Positions 9,696 through 21,364 of a stretch of DNA of 27,387 nt are shown one piece after another. The DNA comes from Aplysia californica. Taxonomy: Eukaryota. The stretch lies in the NCBI RefSeq assembly GCF_000002075.1, contig NW_004797344.1, forward strand, positions 157,532-184,918, read 5' to 3'. Under the pieces are notes generated by a model that made no database searches, was not told the origin of the DNA, and worked only from the letters and a program-made list of their open reading frames with translations. A program made the translations under genes and the position numbers. Every line of letters starts with the position of its first letter. The stretch's first letter is position 1.

Positions 9696-10552
9696 CTGAG
9701 GATATAATATATTTGGTGAATCATTTAATGCCGAAGTTATTTTGCAATATTATAATGGTGGCTCTTTTAACTCTTTATCTCTGGCAAGCCACATTCCTTT
9801 ACGACGACTTAAACATCAAATTACTTTTTGGTAATTGCCGAAAACAGGTCTCTTTTACCTGAAGTTCATTCATTAGATGAAGAGCTATCAAAATAAGTTT
9901 GCTAGTTTCAATATAATGACCCTTTTAAAGACGATTTTGTCATTTTTAGATTTAGCACCAAAAAAGGGCCCCGGCGTAGAGGGTTTATCCCCCTCGGAGA
10001 TAAAGAGGAAAATTTAATGGAAACAACAACTAATAAATTTTACAAAATCCAATCATGCATTTTCCTCTTTTCAAATGAGGCTTAGTAAAAATCATGAACT
10101 TCTGGATCTTAAACATTCTTGAATAACATCTGCATTGGAAAAGCAAGCTCCTTAGAAATCTAATTTATTTGTCTCATTCACCCAAGACACAGCTCTTAAT
10201 CAATTTATAATGCATCTATATTCAAAATAGACCCAGCTCCAAATTAATTTATATGATTCGTCTGTCACAATAGACACAGCTCCGAGTCAGTTCATATTAT
10301 TTGTTTCATTCAATAAAGGCACGTAATAAAATATGAAAGAGCAAGAACAAGACAACAGAGAAAAAAAAAAGAAAAAAAAATTGAGACTGATGTAGACACG
10401 TTCATAGATAACAGGAGAGAGTTAAGTCAAAGTTGAGGCCATAAGATCTAAAAGAGGAAAATCAAAATTCTTGGCAATGATTATGACACACAGTTGTTGC
10501 CTGGGAAGAGTCTGAGTGAAAACCCTGTCACATGGCACCAAAAGCATAAAGA

Positions 10553-10808
10553 CAATTGGTCGCTTTTAAGGACAAGCGGGCTAACCCAGATTTCGGGGGT
10601 TTCCAGAAATCTTGACCTACAACAAAAGTGGGCACAGCCCTACCTATAGGAGAAGTTTGGTTTCATTGCTGTGTACATTTGTTTGGTTATAGAGAAAACG
10701 CTCCTTGTCTTTTAAAGAAACTGAATAAGGATCTAAAAACTTTAGCTTCGATTTTCTCAAAACAGCATTTTTCAGGATAGCCCCCTTGTGCTTAAAAGCG
10801 ACCAATTG
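10553..10808. mobile_element. MITE-like element of 256 bp with 24/25-bp terminal inverted repeats CAATTGGTCGCTTTTAAG[G/C]ACAAG
   Basis: 10553-10577 equals the reverse complement of 10784-10808 with 1 mismatch. The ends are palindromic CAATTG. It abuts repeat copy B. Confidence 0.5.
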
Positions 10809-10809
10809 T

Positions 10810-11300
10810 GAGGCATCGCAGCGAAATCAGGCAGCTCATCAAGATAAAACCTGAGAAACCCGCATTTTTTCAGCTGGTGTGGCAATTTTCATTAGATTTT
10901 TGTTTTCGGTTCAACACCTTTTATATATGTCCATTAAAAAATATAACTGTGTGGATTTTACAGAAAAACATTGATTTATAGGCACAAAAAAATATACATT
11001 TTGAATTTTGAAGGACTCTCAAGCTATGGAAGTTACCCAACTTTGGGGGCCATTTCTCGCTTATTGTACAACTGAAAACAGGTTACACCCCCCCCTCCCC
11101 TCCCCCCTTTTTCAATCGCATGTATCTCAACTTCAGTTCAAGATAGATGGGTATTTTTTTCCATTAAAAGCAAGACAAATGAACAAACTTCAAGATGATA
11201 TCAATAACTCCAAATGCCCCCAAATTGATGAGCATCTGCGTCATGACAAAAATGTGATTGAAGTTTTTAAAAAAAGTAGATGGAGCATTTCACACACATA
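10810..11300. repeat. Interspersed repeat, copy B (~490 bp), about 75% identical to 9150-9590 and carrying a C-rich run
   Basis: See copy A. It lies directly next to the donor side of exon 11379-11488, just as copy A lies next to exon 9607-9695. Confidence 0.55.
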
Positions 11301-11378
11301 ATTTAATCTACTCGCTGAATGATGATAACACATTGTTCACAGGAAAGCAATGAACACTGCATCTTCAATGTTTCTCAC

Positions 11379-11488
11379 CTGCCAAAAATTTGTGGTAGCT
11401 AAGCTCCATGTCAGCAGCAGTCCCTTTCAGGTAGCGCAGGCGAACTGCAGTGCAGATCTCTGCGTTTGCCAGGGACAGCATGGGAGCC
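11379..11488 (-). CDS. TEP1: TEP1 exon: (W)APMLSLANAEICTAVRLRYLKGTAADMELSYHKFLA
   Basis: Acceptor ttttttttgtgtag|, donor GCAG|GTGAGA. Phase chains with both neighbours. Confidence 0.7.
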
Positions 11489-12335
11489 CTACACAAAAAA
11501 AACAACAAAAGAAAATGTCATAGCTGAATATTATTAATGTCCCACCCTGTATTTTGTAGCGAACTTGCAGTATACAGTACAGCAATTCAACAGATAACAG
11601 ATAACGGCTGCATGCCTTCAAAAACAGATGGGGATAGGAAGAGAAAAAAAATGAAAAGTAGAAAAGGAAAATCTGTGTATTTTAAGATTTTGATTTTATC
11701 ATTCGTATGAGTTGGGGTTTTAGAGTACTATTAACATTTTTGATTCCATCTAACATACACATATTGGAAATGACTGACACCCCCCCCCCCCCCTGAAGAC
11801 CCAAGAATAAAAGCGAGAACTGTTTCACAGACACACACAGAAAGAAACTTCGATATTCTTTCCTAAACCATATTTTAAAATTCACGAATCTCTGTTTTAT
11901 TCTAGGTGCAACAACTCATATTGATATAACAGTGTTTTAAAAAATCTGGGTTCTAGAATGAAGAAAAAGCTGATGTCACGCAAACTGAGCAAGATATTCA
12001 ATGTTGTATACAATATGAAGTGTGACCCTGAATGACCATTTGGGAAGAAGGCTGCTTCCACCCTGTCTGTCAGTGCCAAACCAGGCTGAGGGGGAAATAT
12101 CTAAGAAATTAGATGGGAACACTTGATTTAAAAAAAAACCAAACAAACCTAGCATGAGAATCAAACATATATCTTCCATTAAAAAAGGCATAGAGTCTAA
12201 TTGCTACACCACAGAAGACAAAAACAACATCTCAACAGTCTGGGATAACAACAGTTAACAACTTTACTTACTTTACTTTTATCGGCTGCTAACACTAACA
12301 CAAAAAACCCCACAAAAAAATCCCAGCATGCTTAC

Positions 12336-12513
12336 CAAGTAGAGCTTGGGTTGAGGAAGGACATGATGGACCTAGCCAAGAAGGTCAATGTCACAGGTGG
12401 TATTTCTTCCTCACGGCTCAGGGCTTTCTTGCAGAGATCCCGAGGTTCCAAGCTGTCACTGCCATAGACACTGTACCAGCTCAGGAGCTCGTACAACTCT
12501 TCTGGGTACAACC
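12336..12513 (-). CDS. TEP1: TEP1 exon: (G)LYPEELYELLSWYSVYGSDSLEPRDLCKKALSREEEIPPVTLTFLARSIMSFLNPSST
   Basis: Acceptor gggaaattcccag|, donor CTTG|GTAAGC. GLYPEELYELLSWYSV matches TEP1 GLTVDQLHGVLSVWRT. Confidence 0.8.
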
Positions 12514-13349
12514 CTGGGAATTTCCCACACAGCACAGACAGAACATGAGTATACCAGACAATAGAAAACTACTAAAAACATTTCTCCTATTTCGGTACAA
12601 AAAAGCTAAAAACTTCTATCATTTCACGATCACTTCACTTTTACTCTTCCAATCCAGTGGCCATCTGAGTTCTATAGCCCTTCGGCCTGTCGATATGACA
12701 AAGAATTTGCATGTTTTTATCAGCTGCATTTTGTCACTGTATAGAGTATTTCACAAAAACAGCAAAAACTAAGGAATATCTAAGGAGTATAAAGGGCACA
12801 TTTGGCCCACTGATTAATTAAATTTCCAAATGTGCCAATTGCATAGTGTTTATATAAAAAGATAAAAGGTCGGAGAACCACTTGAGACTTTGCATCTTAA
12901 CCCAAATGTTTCATTTTTTTTCCTCATCAAATTGAAAGGTGGTGCTACCTAGAAAAAAGAAAAAGTTCACTCCCTTCATCTTTTCTCATGTGAGAGAAGC
13001 ACCTAACCTGCTAATAGCTGATATGATCATTTTCCCCCTTTATTCTTAAAAGGCCTTGTTATATATTATGTCTATTATGTATATATATCTTAAAATGTGC
13101 AATCAAAAAGATTTTTAAAAAAACCAAATTCTAAAAGTGACAGAAATGCTTCTCTCTATTTTTTGTCTATCATTAACTCTGCCGATTCTCCTTTATTGCG
13201 ACATTAAAAGAATAATAATATTTGCACGATCTGTTTTGTCCTCCTAACACAAAAGAGTCATCTGATAGAAATGGGCAAGGGTAAAAAACAAAAAAAAAAG
13301 ACCCCCCCAAAAAAGCTCCAGAAGACGATTAAAATGAAGATAAACTGAC

Positions 13350-13482
13350 CATCACGTGCACAGGCCAGCAGACACAGAGCTGTAGAGACCAGCTTCACTC
13401 CGTGGTCAGACTCCAGACGCTCCAGAACCTCCTGCAACATCTGGGCAGTTGTGTGGGGCAGACCTTTCAGCTTGTCAGACAC
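13350..13482 (-). CDS. TEP1: TEP1 exon: VSDKLKGLPHTTAQMLQEVLERLESDHGVKLVSTALCLLACARD
   Basis: Acceptor ccttgcctccag|, donor GATG|GTCAGT. Aligns with human TEP1 VSERLRTLPATVPLLLQHILSTLEKEHG..ALTALEVTRSG. Confidence 0.8.
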
Positions 13483-13910
13483 CTGGAGGCAAGGCAGAGA
13501 GAAGTAGATAAAAGTCTAGTGAAACCCCATGTGTCTTTTAATTTCTTCAAAAAAAGTTTAAGTATTTAATAAGAGTTTTTAATGTCACTTGCAGCACAAT
13601 CAGTGCCACATATTACAGGTGTTACTAGATTGTAACATACAAACAAAAGAGAGATTAGGATGATAGATGCCTGGTAAAAGCCGGGGTATAGCAAGATGAC
13701 AGGAAGGTTTAGGTTTAGGCTGGTTTAGGCTGGTATGGCTAAAAAATGATTAATCAGTAAAGACACAGAAGACAAAGCATTAAGGGGATTTTTAAAAAGC
13801 TTAAACCCCAAGGCTTAGCAAAATTCATTGGATAAATCTTTTTACTTCAGCAAGGCCTGCAGCTGTACAGCTCACATTATGCCTCTGAAGTGGCATCATG
13901 GGATACATAC

Positions 13911-14003
13911 CTTCTCAAACACACCAAACACCCTCAGTTCTTCACACGCCAGCTTCAGATACAATGGGTTGTGGGCTTCTTTCTTCAACATCAACAGTTT
14001 CAT
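13911..14003 (-). CDS. TEP1: TEP1 exon (NACHT-associated helical): MKLLMLKKEAHNPLYLKLACEELRVFGVFEK
   Basis: Acceptor ccatttcag|ATG, donor AAG|GTATGT. NPLYLKLACEEL aligns with human TEP1 GRPLYLRLVTDHL. Confidence 0.85.
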
Positions 14004-14304
14004 CTGAAATGGATGAGAATAAAAGTCATTCAACAAATCATAAAATAACAAATATTAAAGATCCCCAACCCCTTTTCCCCACGATCTAATTTCGTTGATT
14101 AAAAAAAAATTCTCTAAGAATTTGCTGCAATATATAACCCTTCCAGGAAGATAAAATATGGCTTTGGAAAAAAATTCAAATAATGTGTCAACGGCTGAGT
14201 GTAAGACTGACAAACGCCAATTTGCAAAATAATTTTGCCAGGGTCTTGCATCCAGTCATCGATATGACCCCTCCTCCCCTCCACAATAAAACAACAAATC
14301 TGAC

Positions 14305-14481
14305 CTGGTTCCCAAAGCCAGACTCGTCCAGTGACTTGCGGTGCTTTGCCAGCGTCTGTCTGACCAGCTCAGCCTTATCCCACATGTCCAGATCTCCAAC
14401 AATCATCTCATCCACTCTGAGACGTTTCAGGGACTTGAAGGTCTTCTCGTTTGTGATGGCTGATATCACAAACACAACGTT
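14305..14481 (-). CDS. TEP1: TEP1 exon (NACHT): NVVFVISAITNEKTFKSLKRLRVDEMIVGDLDMWDKAELVRQTLAKHRKSLDESGFGNQ
   Basis: Acceptor tctcccttcag|, donor CAG|GTCAGA (weak). LAKHRKSLDESGFGNQ aligns with human TEP1 LALYGKRLEESPFNNQ. Confidence 0.8.
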
Positions 14482-15114
14482 CTGAAGGGAGAAATAAGTG
14501 TACAAAAATATGGTAAAATTTAATTCAAAACATATTCAGACAACAGTAGTGCTCAACAGAGGGTGGAGTAGACAACATCATGCAAATATGTGAACAATAG
14601 CAGGACAATAAGTCACAGAATAGATCAAGACAAAATGCAAATAAAATGCACAACAGGACACATCCACATGGACACAAAGGCAGATTAAAAAACAAATGAG
14701 CTGTAGCTGATGACAATTCGCAACAGCAGCAGCCACATTTCATCCCCTGAGAACAGATTCCATACAAAAGGAATGCGGAAAAGAAGCAGAAAAAGCAAAC
14801 CACATCAGCCACCTACGTTAACTCTTCTTGAATGTATCCGCAATATATCAGCAACTTCTGGTAGAACACATATCGCCATTATATCGGCAATTTGAACAGG
14901 GTCCAACATGTGTTTTATTATTTACATTTTGTTGCTTTTGTAACTTCAGAAAACATCAACATTTGATAAATTTTCCAAAGACACATAAAGCTGTTTCATT
15001 TCTATTCCCTTAAAATGATTTGCTGGGTGACAAAATAAATACATCCAAATAGTTTCAACTGCTGAAAAAAATTACGTCCTGAATGAGTTAACGAATCCAA
15101 CAGCCACTTCTTAC

Positions 15115-15262
15115 ATCAGGAATGTGGCTAGGCAGCCACTCCAAACTGTATGGCTGGTAAGCATCCTCCATCATGTCCAGACCATCGAGAAACACAACAA
15201 GTTTAGTGGTGCACATATTGGCCGCATCTGACAGAAGGTCACCAAACTTCAGACACAAGTTT
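15115..15262 (-). CDS. TEP1: TEP1 exon, NACHT Walker B: (K)NLCLKFGDLLSDAANMCTTKLVVFLDGLDMMEDAYQPYSLEWLPSHIPD
   Basis: Acceptor ccacttttcag|, donor GAT|GTAAGA. The Walker B box hhhhDGhD..E is LVVFLDGLDMMED. EWLPSHIP aligns with human TEP1 DWIPKKLP. Confidence 0.85.
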
Positions 15263-15582
15263 CTGAAAAGTGGAAAAAAACCCCATGATCTCATTCTTTT
15301 GCATGAAATATCTTTCTGCACAAGTTTAATCACTTCATAAACAGGACCAGATAATTCACACCTGTCTCAGAGATTTAACTTTTTCGAAAATGGTTTCACA
15401 TTTTGTTGCATTAAATAAATGACATTTCATCTCTCTCAAAGTAAAATGAAAGGGAATGGCATTTTTAACAGAATAAACAGGTCTAATTCTGCAAGCTCAC
15501 TTTTTTGTGGTTGGCTTCATTTTGACTATCTATAAATAATAATATGGTAAGTCAGTCAGTCAGTAGAATTAAGGCTCCTTAC

Positions 15583-15758
15583 TTGAAGTCTTCTGGGAGT
15601 GAGAACCCCAAAGCAAATCTGGAGTTGACTTGCATGGCTAGGTGCCTCACAGTGGCTGCCAGATTGGTTGAGCCTGGAGCAGCACCAGCCATGTTGATGA
15701 ACACATTCCGTGCACCACTAGACGTCTTTGACTTCACCATCTCCATGATAACTGAAGA
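15583..15758 (-). CDS. TEP1: TEP1 exon (NACHT): SSVIMEMVKSKTSSGARNVFINMAGAAPGSTNLAATVRHLAMQVNSRFALGFSLPEDF
   Basis: Tandem acceptor tttcag|tcttcag; only the first gives an open frame. Donor TTCAA|GTAAGG. Confidence 0.75.
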
Positions 15759-16144
15759 CTGAAAGAGGAAGTAGAGAATATATTTTGTGGTAATGGTGAA
15801 GGAAAAGATTAAACTGCGCTTAAACTATCACTGTAAAAAGTGGTAAGTGAGCAAGAAATGTAAAAGTGCTGACAATATTTCTTTTCTTTTCCCAAAAAGA
15901 ATAATACAGAGTGTAGCCTATTTATGAAATGATAACAACAGCAATTTAGAATAGAGGTAACCAATCAAGTGAACTTATCTTATAGGTGTACGATGTGTAT
16001 GGTAATGAATAAAAAGAATTCTCATCAGAGAGAGAAAGAAACAACCAAGAACAAATAAAGATAAAACATTTTTCCACATATTGGCCTGATTCGCCATTTC
16101 TTCCCCAAATTCAATTTACAATACAATGTTAAGAGAGATTTTAC

Positions 16145-16327
16145 CATCAATGCTGTCTTTCCACTTCCTGATTTGCCGAAAAGACCAATGACACCGGATG
16201 ACGTGGTGTAGATCTTGCCTACAGCCTGTTTGAGCAGATTTTTGCGACCGATGAACTCCGAGTGGCACTGCTCCACCAGTGCCCAGTGAAGGTTGTCAAT
16301 GTGAACCTCCTCAGACAGGAGTCCATC
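16145..16327 (-). CDS. TEP1: TEP1 exon, NACHT Walker A: DGLLSEEVHIDNLHWALVEQCHSEFIGRKNLLKQAVGKIYTTSSGVIGLFGKSGSGKTALM
   Basis: Acceptor gcaattttaacag|, donor ATG|GTAAAA. Contains the P-loop GKSGSGKT; compare human TEP1 GQPGQGKTAFL. Confidence 0.85.
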
Positions 16328-16504
16328 CTGTTAAAATTGCAATTGTACTTAAATGAACAACATGTTCTGATAGGAAAAAAAGAAAGCACAAGAGGCAAAA
16401 GTATATATAAAGAGTACCTTGTATAGATTACTTGAACAGATAGGTGACCAGGATAACATTTTTTGTTCAATGTCTGAGCAGATAAATGAGTGGCAAACCA
16501 TGGT

Positions 16505-16575
16505 TGATTGGCGCTCATATGACCTCATGCAGTTGCGAGCGCTGTAAAAACACTACTAAAACTAAAACCATGGTT
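16505..16575 (+). mobile_element. 5'-truncated copy of the SINE 3' domain (GGCGCTCATATGACCTCATGCAGTTGCGAGCGCTGTAAAAACACTACTAAAACTAAAAC)
   Basis: Near-identical to 8828-8880. Confidence 0.55.
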
Positions 16576-16687
16576 GTTGTTGTCTATTTCAAATCTGGAT
16601 CTTGAAGAAAAAGAGGGATAATGTAAATTTCCTACAGTTTTGGGTTGTTTTTTTTAAATTGCAAGTTGCTATGATATATGGCCTCAT

Positions 16688-16795
16688 GACATCATGACAG
16701 AGGAGGAGGAGGAGATTGAGAAGAAGAAAAAGAGACGAAGACGAAGCCAGAAGAAGAAGAGACGTAGACAAAGCCAGAAAGTAAACCAACAGCTA
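16688..16795. repeat. Purine-rich (GAG/GAA/GAC)n low-complexity tract
   Basis: gaggaggaggaggagattgagaagaagaaaaagagacgaagacgaagccagaagaagaagagacgtagacaaagccagaaag. It is intronic and does not sit between splice sites in the gene's frame. Confidence 0.7.
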
Positions 16796-17268
16796 GCTAA
16801 GCACCAAAAATAAGCTTGGACAAGAGTTCTATGAGCACAAGGAGAGGATTGCATCAGAAGCCCCAGCCCACCTTCCACCCCTCTACTGTCTGATCCTCTT
16901 AAGTACAGCTGAGAACTATAATGATGAATGAAAACTTGTACCTTCCACAAGGTGCATTTTAAGTTTCCGAAGAAATACATTTACACTTGAAAAGGAAGGT
17001 AACAGGAAACAAATAAAAAAGTACATAAACTTTGCACTGATACTGTCCCTATAATTCCCCCATGCTGCCATACGGTAAGCACATGGAAGGAAATAATTGT
17101 TTCCATTTCGCAATAAGCAAAAAAAACCCCCCCAAAAAACCCTGAAAATTTATATAGGGTATTAAAATAACTGCTCAGTATAAGACTCGGTCATATGCCA
17201 CTTTTAAAATAGCATATGGCGGAGTCTTCTACAATGCAGCTGAGAGAAGAATTTCCTCTCTTACACAC

Positions 17269-17389
17269 CTCATCAGGGCACATTTTCTTCACTGCATTCA
17301 GCAGGGTGTTGAGCATGCGTGCACCAAACTCCTCCAGACCTGACACCACAGGTTTGCCATCCACACATCCGCCCCAGTGGCACGGGTAA
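17269..17389 (-). CDS. TEP1: TEP1 exon: (N)YPCHWGGCVDGKPVVSGLEEFGARMLNTLLNAVKKMCPDE
   Basis: Acceptor ttttgtttgtcctcag|. The donor GAG|GTGTGT was chosen over the nearby GTAAGA because only it keeps the Walker A exon in frame. Confidence 0.65.
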
Positions 17390-18030
17390 CTGAGGACAAA
17401 CAAAACTTGTTGATACATTCTCTGCATATTCATTGTTTCAGGAAGTATTTTAATAATCAATGAAAGGTAAAAATAGAGATTATTTCTAGTTTTATTAAGA
17501 GATTTACAGCACCTGCAACACAATTTGGTAATATAAGCGCCGAAGATAAGGGGTCTTAAACAGGATAACAAAAATAGATTATTTAGAGTAATCTAGCCTA
17601 CAAATCGCTCATTTTGAGACAGCAGCACCACCCTGCCCCTACATTTCAGTGTGAGCTTGTAGATTCATCCCACAACTGTCTAGACATCTCCATGTAAGTC
17701 TCTAAAGTCCTCACCCTCTGTTGGACAGTGTTTTTTAGGTGAATGTTAAAGTGTGGTGTTGAAAATAGGTTAACTTTTTAATGCTCTAGATGTAAGCTGT
17801 AAATCCAATATCATTTTTTTTTTTTACCCGCTTTAGACTAACATCAAACAAAATGTGTCAGAACTTTAGTTTGCAGTGACCTTTATCAACGGGTTTTTTA
17901 GACTCTGTTGGTGGGTGGTTGGCGGATGCTCTGGTGTGGTTTGCTTCTTCTTTCCTATCAAACACCTATTGTCCTTATCTCCCCTCCTTTTTTTATGTTT
18001 GTTACTCTCTTGTAACACCTCTAATCTTCT

Positions 18031-18090
18031 GGCGCTCATATAACCTTATGCAGTTGCAAGCGCCGTAAAACCTCTACTAAAACAAAACAG
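18031..18090 (+). mobile_element. SINE 3'-domain copy (GGCGCTCATATAACCTTATGCAGTTGCAAGCGCCGTAAAACCTCTACTAAAACAAAAC)
   Basis: Near-identical to 8828-8880. Confidence 0.55.
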
Positions 18091-18211
18091 ACTGTCGGTC
18101 ATCAAAGTTTTAGTCCCATGTGCAAAGGTCTGAGAAGATTAAACAGAGCGGTTTGATTTGATCTTTTTTTAATCACTGTTAGACGAAAGAGAACAAGCTA
18201 TTACTACTTAC

Positions 18212-18322
18212 TTAAACACCTCAAGCCCACTCTTCCGGATGCGAGACTTCAGAGAAGACATCTTGGCTTTGTGGACATCTGATTCTGATTTGAAGCTTTT
18301 CTCAAAGGGAGCAGGCACATCT
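18212..18322 (-). CDS. TEP1: TEP1 exon: (T)DVPAPFEKSFKSESDVHKAKMSSLKSRIRKSGLEVF
   Basis: Acceptor ttttatccatccag|, donor TTTAA|GTAAGT. Phases chain with both neighbours. Confidence 0.65.
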
Positions 18323-19169
18323 CTGGATGGATAAAATGACAAGGGTGTAAAGGATATGATATTGCAAATATCCTTGACAAAAGCAAGCACAGGACACTTC
18401 AAGACTATAAAACCCCACTACCTAAAAGTCAGAACTCAGGCCTCTGAAAAAAATCTTAAAAAACATTATCGTGGCTTTCCTGCTCTGTTTCATCAATCAC
18501 GTATCTAAAATGGATTTTAAGAAGCTTTTATGTTTCTCTCACATACACTAAAACTAAATGGATAAAGAGTAAAAGTTTTCATAATACCTACTCATCAAAA
18601 TAAACCTATATCCAGCAATCTAAAAAAAAACTTTAGTCCGATGTAACTTCAAACTCCACTCCATGCTCTGCAAAAGTTATAAACAATTCTAAATCAAGTT
18701 TCTTTTTGCGCCATAAAACCTTTACTAAAACTAAAACTAAAGTTTCTTTTTTAAGAAGACGTATCCTTGAGCTCCAGGGCCTCCATACAGAGGGAGCAAC
18801 ATATCTTTAACAAACAGTTGAATGGCTTTAAGCAAAAAGTTTTGAATATTGCTTTGGATTTTATCGGATTTCAAAACCTGAACGTTAAAAAAACCCAAAA
18901 AACCCCCCAAAAACCCATAATGTAGGTACAATTGTTAAAAGAAAGAAACAGTTTTTTTTTTCTCCTGAAAAAAATGTTGCTTTCAATTTCAAGGGTTAGT
19001 ATCTTTTAACACCTCCCTGATGATATACTAAGCTTGTGAAAGAGAATCTTTGATATGAAAGTATTTGAGCACTCTCTGCAGCATAATTTTTCTGAGGGGG
19101 AAGGAGAAAAGGGTCACTTTTTTCTTTCTTCACAACACGGCTGTCAATGAAATATGAAGTTGCCCTCAC

Positions 19170-19412
19170 GTTTCAAAGGAATTGTTTCTCATGAAGAAGA
19201 AAGCTGTGTCCTTGGCTTGAGCTGGTTGAGACAGAGCTCCGAGCTGCATCTCTAGCTCCGTCACCGATGCTCCAGGGGCGTACTGGCGCACCCAGTCATA
19301 TTCCGGGGAGTCAGGGACCTCATAGGTCAAGGGTGTCCAGCCGTATCGCTCACCCAGGACTCCGATGAAGATGTCACAGCGAGCGACCTCCTGCAGGCAT
19401 AGGCTCACGGTG
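19170..19412 (-). CDS. TEP1: TEP1 exon, DUF4062 domain part 2: (C)TVSLCLQEVARCDIFIGVLGERYGWTPLTYEVPDSPEYDWVRQYAPGASVTELEMQLGALSQPAQAKDTAFFFMRNNSFE
   Basis: Acceptor tttttttcattctcag|, donor AAAC|GTGAGG. CDIFIGVLGERYGW is the DUF4062 core. Confidence 0.8.
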
Positions 19413-19802
19413 CTGAGAATGAAAAAAAAATTTGAGCAAAAATACTCACGAGTAGCTTTGCACAAACACTCATCCTCATAACTGTTTGTATACCCTTGAC
19501 CTTTTTTTAGACTATACAAAAGTTGAAATAAACCATTTTCTTTTTAATTTTGCGTAGTTTCAGTCGGTATGTACTTGGCAGAGCTTTATAGCATTATCAA
19601 CAAATAGTTGCTGGTGTTAGGGTGTTATTTTTGGCTTTGTGTTTATTCAGGTAATAAGGAAAACGAAAAAAGAAAACAAAATAAAAATGTCTTCTATTAT
19701 TTATTTGTGAACTCAACAAGATTAAAAAGAAACTAACATTCAATACAATAAAGATCAGTCTCAATGGGTCTACAGGTAGGTAGGAGCAAGAACAAAACTC
19801 AC

Positions 19803-19979
19803 CAGTTGTCTTTTGCCTGTTCCTCAGAGATACCCCAGCGGAGGTCCACTTCATAGACATTGATGAAATGTTTCCGACCCAGAGCTCTCAGCTCAGGGAA
19901 GACAAACCGGGTCAAGAGGTCACGCTCGCCATGCATGTCCCGGAATGTGGAGGAAATGAAAACTCTCACGGTTCTCCAC
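19803..19979 (-). CDS. TEP1: TEP1 exon, DUF4062 domain part 1: (R)WRTVRVFISSTFRDMHGERDLLTRFVFPELRALGRKHFINVYEVDLRWGISEEQAKDN
   Basis: Acceptor cccctag|, donor AACTG|GTGAGT. VFISSTFxDMxxERD is the hallmark N-terminal motif of DUF4062 (PF13271). Confidence 0.8.
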
Positions 19980-20137
19980 CTAGGGGTATAAGAATGTCAA
20001 AAAAGCTCTATTACTTAAACTGGAAAGGTATTTGGAAATATAAGAGGTAAAAGAAATGCTAATTGGGAATTTTCAATATAGCACCATTACTGTTCAGTAA
20101 GTTCAAGGAACAATTAACTGCAAATTAGTGAGTTATA

Positions 20138-20170
20138 CAGCGCTCGCAACTGCATAAGGTCATATGAGCA
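20138..20170 (-). mobile_element. Inverted fragment of the same SINE 3' domain (reverse complement TGCTCATATGACCTTATGCAGTTGCGAGCGCTG)
   Basis: Exact match of the core motif in the opposite orientation. Confidence 0.5.
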
Positions 20171-20767
20171 TGAAGTGCAAGTTAAGTCAATGATAATGAC
20201 AAGCTACTCACAGAAAGAAAAATTAATAACTTTATCTCTTTTTTTCTCATTATCAATGGTTCCCAAAAACTGATGAGGAGTTACCTTACACTAGTATTAA
20301 ATGGATACAATCAACATTTCCTTGAAAACAGAAATTCCAGCGGCTCCGTGCCATTATAAAAGCAGCATGTATACAGTCTATTAAATATACAACAGTGGGC
20401 TTGTTGGAAATCAATACAAAATTTATGGGGGAAAAAAAAGAGGACAATTTAACTGATGCACTAAAGTAATGAAGGGAAAAAATGTTTCTCTAACTTCTAT
20501 ATCCCCAACCCCCCAAAAAAGACCCCTTCCTCTGATTCCGCATTCATCATCTGTTGTCTTAATAACATAAAGAGCCTTTCCCAAGCAAACAAAGTCAGAC
20601 TGAGCTGTGGCTCAACCCCATCCCCCCTCCTACCCCACCCGCAATCTCATGATTACAGACCCTGTAGCCTAACCACAAGGCTACTATGGACAGTGAGACC
20701 AATTCCATCAGCTTTCAAACCAAAGAGAACAACCTCAACAAAGTAAAATATAAGAAAAAGAAGAAAC

Positions 20768-20932
20768 CTGGGGGTGGGGGCTGTCAGCCTGAGGCTCCTC
20801 TCTGGCTCCGGCACAACCGTCTTCACCTCCTGCTGGTCCACTCTCAGCCGTGGCATGGGTCGCAGCTGGAAGGCCTCGTCAATCTTGTCAACGTGATTGA
20901 CCATCCCAGCATCACCTCGCTCAGCAACGAAC
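20768..20932 (-). CDS. TEP1: TEP1 exon, end of vWA plus linker: (R)FVAERGDAGMVNHVDKIDEAFQLRPMPRLRVDQQEVKTVVPEPERSLRLTAPTP
   Basis: Acceptor aaacatttcctcag|. The donor CCCCAG|GTTTCT is weak, but it is the only one that puts the next exon in frame. RFVAERGDAGMVNHVDKID matches Ro60 GFTIADPDDRGMLDMCGFD. Confidence 0.55.
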
Positions 20933-21364
20933 CTGAGGAAATGTTTTTGCAATGATTTTAAATCGACTGCTCAATGTAACTTTTCGTTATGTTTCAAAAC
21001 AGAACATGGCGAAGTCTTGCACTAAACAGAAATATTGTTTCTTGAGACATCCCTTTCTATCCAAGCTCGAAAATTTGTGACACGAAATTTTTCAACTTTA
21101 CCTGTCAAAGACTACTAGAAGTTGATACTATATTATCCTGACTGGTGACTTCACCATAGGAGGCAGATGCATTAACTACACTAACTGACAACTAGACTTC
21201 AAGGGGCAGATCTTGTATTAGACTGGATGATGACTAGATTGCCATAGGAAGATCACAATGTTTCACTGACTGATGGCTGAACTTTGAGTACCAGAGACAG
21301 ATGGGGGCACTACACTAAATAGAGGTAGACAATTTACACGAAAGTAAAAAAAAAATTGTATTAC

